Virus record (IMG/VR): IMGVR_UViG_3300028840_001168
Coordinates: 1-64,000 of that record
Length of the DNA stretch: 64,000 bases
Source of the DNA: a virus
Lineage: Duplodnaviria > Heunggongvirae > Uroviricota > Caudoviricetes
Direction: 5' to 3' (one strand)
A program made the position numbers and the translations under genes. The stretch's first letter is position 1. Each line of letters starts with the position of its first letter. Positions 62,471 through 64,000 of the stretch are shown here, piece by piece. Under the pieces are notes generated by a model that ran no database searches, was not told the DNA's origin, and was given only the letters and a program-made list of their open reading frames with translations.

Positions 62471-62494
62471 CAGACAGGAACCGGAATAACCGGA

Positions 62495-63031
62495 CTATTC
62501 CTCATATCTGCACTCATCGTCACAACGCTGGCAATCGAGACAAAGCCCATCACCGTTGACACCGGGCCAACCGCAAATGGCGCACTCACCCAAACAGGCC
62601 CCAAAGTCGATCCAATCGTAGTATTCCTTCCAAAGCTCAGCAACCGGACCACCCTCACGAACCGCTTCCTTGACATATTCGATACCATCGCTGGTAAGGT
62701 CATTGCCGATCCAATCGCCAATATCCTTACCACCCTCAATACCGATGGCATTGATACAATGCTCGTGACTGCCACAATGCTGCGGACAGTCAGCTTCCGC
62801 ATCATCGGAACAATACTTAGGATAGTCATCACTGTCATAACAGGTCTCATCCAAACGATCGAGTTGATCGACAATATCGTCAATCTGCTCATTGTAGGTC
62901 ATATCGTCATGACCCTCAAAATCGACCCATTCGACAAGACCCCTGCCGTCGATAGATTCGGCAGCAACCGCACGTTTGATGTACTTGCCACAATCGTCAC
63001 AAAAGATATCAGCCGCAAAGATGTAAGCCAC
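62495..63031 (-). CDS. highly acidic, Cys-rich (multi-CxxC) protein (178 aa)
   Basis: FCDDCGKY, CPQHCGSHEHC, CLGECAICGWPG and CLDCQRCDDEC. Asp/Glu-rich, with a predicted pI around 4. Confidence 0.5.
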   Translation of the reverse strand: MAYIFAADIFCDDCGKYIKRAVAAESIDGRGLVEWVDFEGHDDMTYNEQIDDIVDQLDRLDETCYDSDDYPKYCSDDAEADCPQHCGSHEHCINAIGIEGGKDIGDWIGNDLTSDGIEYVKEAVREGGPVAELWKEYYDWIDFGACLGECAICGWPGVNGDGLCLDCQRCDDECRYEE

Positions 63032-63034
63032 GGT

Positions 63035-63427
63035 TCAACCCTCCCATTCGACAAGATCGGTAACATCCTCATGATCCAACAAGATGGAATCATCCTCACC
63101 ACCCAACCAATCGTCACGATCGTCAAGAGGTGCCGCAAACCAACCAACCGGTACATACGGCAGATTCGTTGCAGCCGTCAGCTTGACGGTTGTGCCGGCT
63201 TTAAGGGTTAGACCGGTCCCGAGGAGTCTAACGTCTGTAACCATTGTGCCGGTCATACAGGGCTCGCCCGCATATTCGGCATAAAGCTCATCAAGCCACT
63301 CATCGGTATAACCGACACCTTCGGTATCACCGCGCCAGACCTGCGTAGCCCGCACATCCAGCACTTCCGGAATAGTCAGCCCAACAAGCGCGTTCCGCAC
63401 ATTCATTCTAACCGTGCTAGCCATCAT
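63035..63427 (-). CDS. acidic protein family member (C-terminal ...DLVEWEG)
   Basis: Start at MMASTV by ATGA overlap. The C-terminus parallels 63427-63807 (...GLEDWEG). Confidence 0.45.
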   Translation of the reverse strand: MMASTVRMNVRNALVGLTIPEVLDVRATQVWRGDTEGVGYTDEWLDELYAEYAGEPCMTGTMVTDVRLLGTGLTLKAGTTVKLTAATNLPYVPVGWFAAPLDDRDDWLGGEDDSILLDHEDVTDLVEWEG

Positions 63428-63807
63428 CAACCCTCCCAATCCTCAAGACCGTACTCATCGACAAGACGCTCACAAACGTCATCAACCCACTTATCGAACT
63501 CTTCGAGACAATCGGCCTCATCCTCACGTTCGTAATAATCCTCATGATCGGTATCACTGTCACGAAGGTTACGAGCCGCACGAAGCGCACGACCGACATC
63601 AACGGAAAGATCGCACCAGATGGAATAATACCACTTTCTCAACTGATCGTCACGATCGGTATAATCGGTCACGGGGCAGTTTGTACCGATTGTAAGGCCG
63701 CCGGTGGAAGATACGGCATAAAGCATATCACCCATACCATCGTACCAATGTGACGCAACCGCTACAAACCGCTCAGGAATCTCAATCGAATCAACCGGAA
63801 TAGTCAT
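63427..63807 (-). CDS. acidic protein family member (C-terminal ...GLEDWEG)
   Basis: Start at MTIPVDSIE, with GAGGG 6 nt upstream. Asp/Glu/Tyr-rich. Confidence 0.45.
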   Translation of the reverse strand: MTIPVDSIEIPERFVAVASHWYDGMGDMLYAVSSTGGLTIGTNCPVTDYTDRDDQLRKWYYSIWCDLSVDVGRALRAARNLRDSDTDHEDYYEREDEADCLEEFDKWVDDVCERLVDEYGLEDWEG

Positions 63808-63817
63808 CGCAACCCTC

Positions 63818-64000
63818 TCATTCAAACAAAGTGTAATAGGTGTCATAAAGCTCACGAGCCTTACGAATCAGATCATCGAAACGATCGTCAGAAACGTCAT
63901 CACCCAACTGACAGGCATAATCCTCAAAAGCCTCACAAGCCTCCCAAGCCTCATCAGCGCTCATGGCCGCAAGATCCGGAACTTCGTCACGATCGAACAA
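63818..64000 (-). CDS. acidic small protein (at least 60 aa; may extend beyond the window)
   Basis: The ORF-track ORF reaches position 64000. DEAWEACEAFEDYACQLGDDVSDDRFDD is strongly acidic. Confidence 0.4.
   Translation of the reverse strand: MFDRDEVPDLAAMSADEAWEACEAFEDYACQLGDDVSDDRFDDLIRKARELYDTYYTLFE

Noticed and set aside
62117-62892. Track ORFs 62117-62470(-) and 62176-62892(-) spanning the minisatellite
   Set aside because: Their translations are repeat-driven junk (PVAAGLPVADRWPLSAAGL...). The repeat modules are not multiples of 3, and 62176-62892 overlaps the well-formed acidic-protein gene in another frame.

Overview
This 64 kb window, about 58-60% GC, reads as a tailed-phage or prophage genome; nothing in it looks like host chromosome.

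Layout:
- 1-19567 (minus strand): nucleotide-metabolism and replication genes. These are a VRR-NUC-like nuclease, ThyX, a tRNA-Asn with an adjacent tRNA-like element, a family A DNA polymerase, two ParB-like proteins, dUTPase, a probable class II ribonucleotide reductase and an SNF2 helicase. Embedded accessory cassettes are two PEP-CTERM secreted proteins, and a GT41 (OGT-like) glycosyltransferase next to a sugar C-methyltransferase-like enzyme and an HTH-metallophosphoesterase.
- 19568-19911: divergent control region, AT-rich and bounded by a 44-bp inverted repeat.
- 19912-24028 (plus strand): AEP primase/SF3 helicase, dATP/dGTP pyrophosphohydrolase and a DnaQ-like exonuclease.
- 24135-59965 (minus strand): long siphovirus-like late operon. 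It includes small membrane proteins, a Tat-secreted papain-like peptidase, a double thioredoxin-fold protein, a GpA-like large terminase, portal, scaffold and capsid. Further on are a beta-helix protein, two PKD-plus-leucine-rich-repeat proteins, a tail tube and chaperone with a possible -1 frameshift, and a tape measure. It ends with tandem tail-fibre paralogues, a 984-aa fibre, a Cys-rich protein and an SPFH protein.
- 60040-61060: repeat-dense non-coding region, iteron-like.
- 61060-64000: lower-GC block of small minus-strand genes, a 276-bp mosaic minisatellite and a family of very acidic Cys-rich proteins.

Genes are tightly packed, with many ATGA start/stop overlaps. Four near-consensus sigma70-type promoters share an extended -10 (GGTATACTTG), and two of them sit so close to an ATG that the mRNA would be leaderless. 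All functional calls come from motif-level reading of the six-frame translations and are inferences, not search results.
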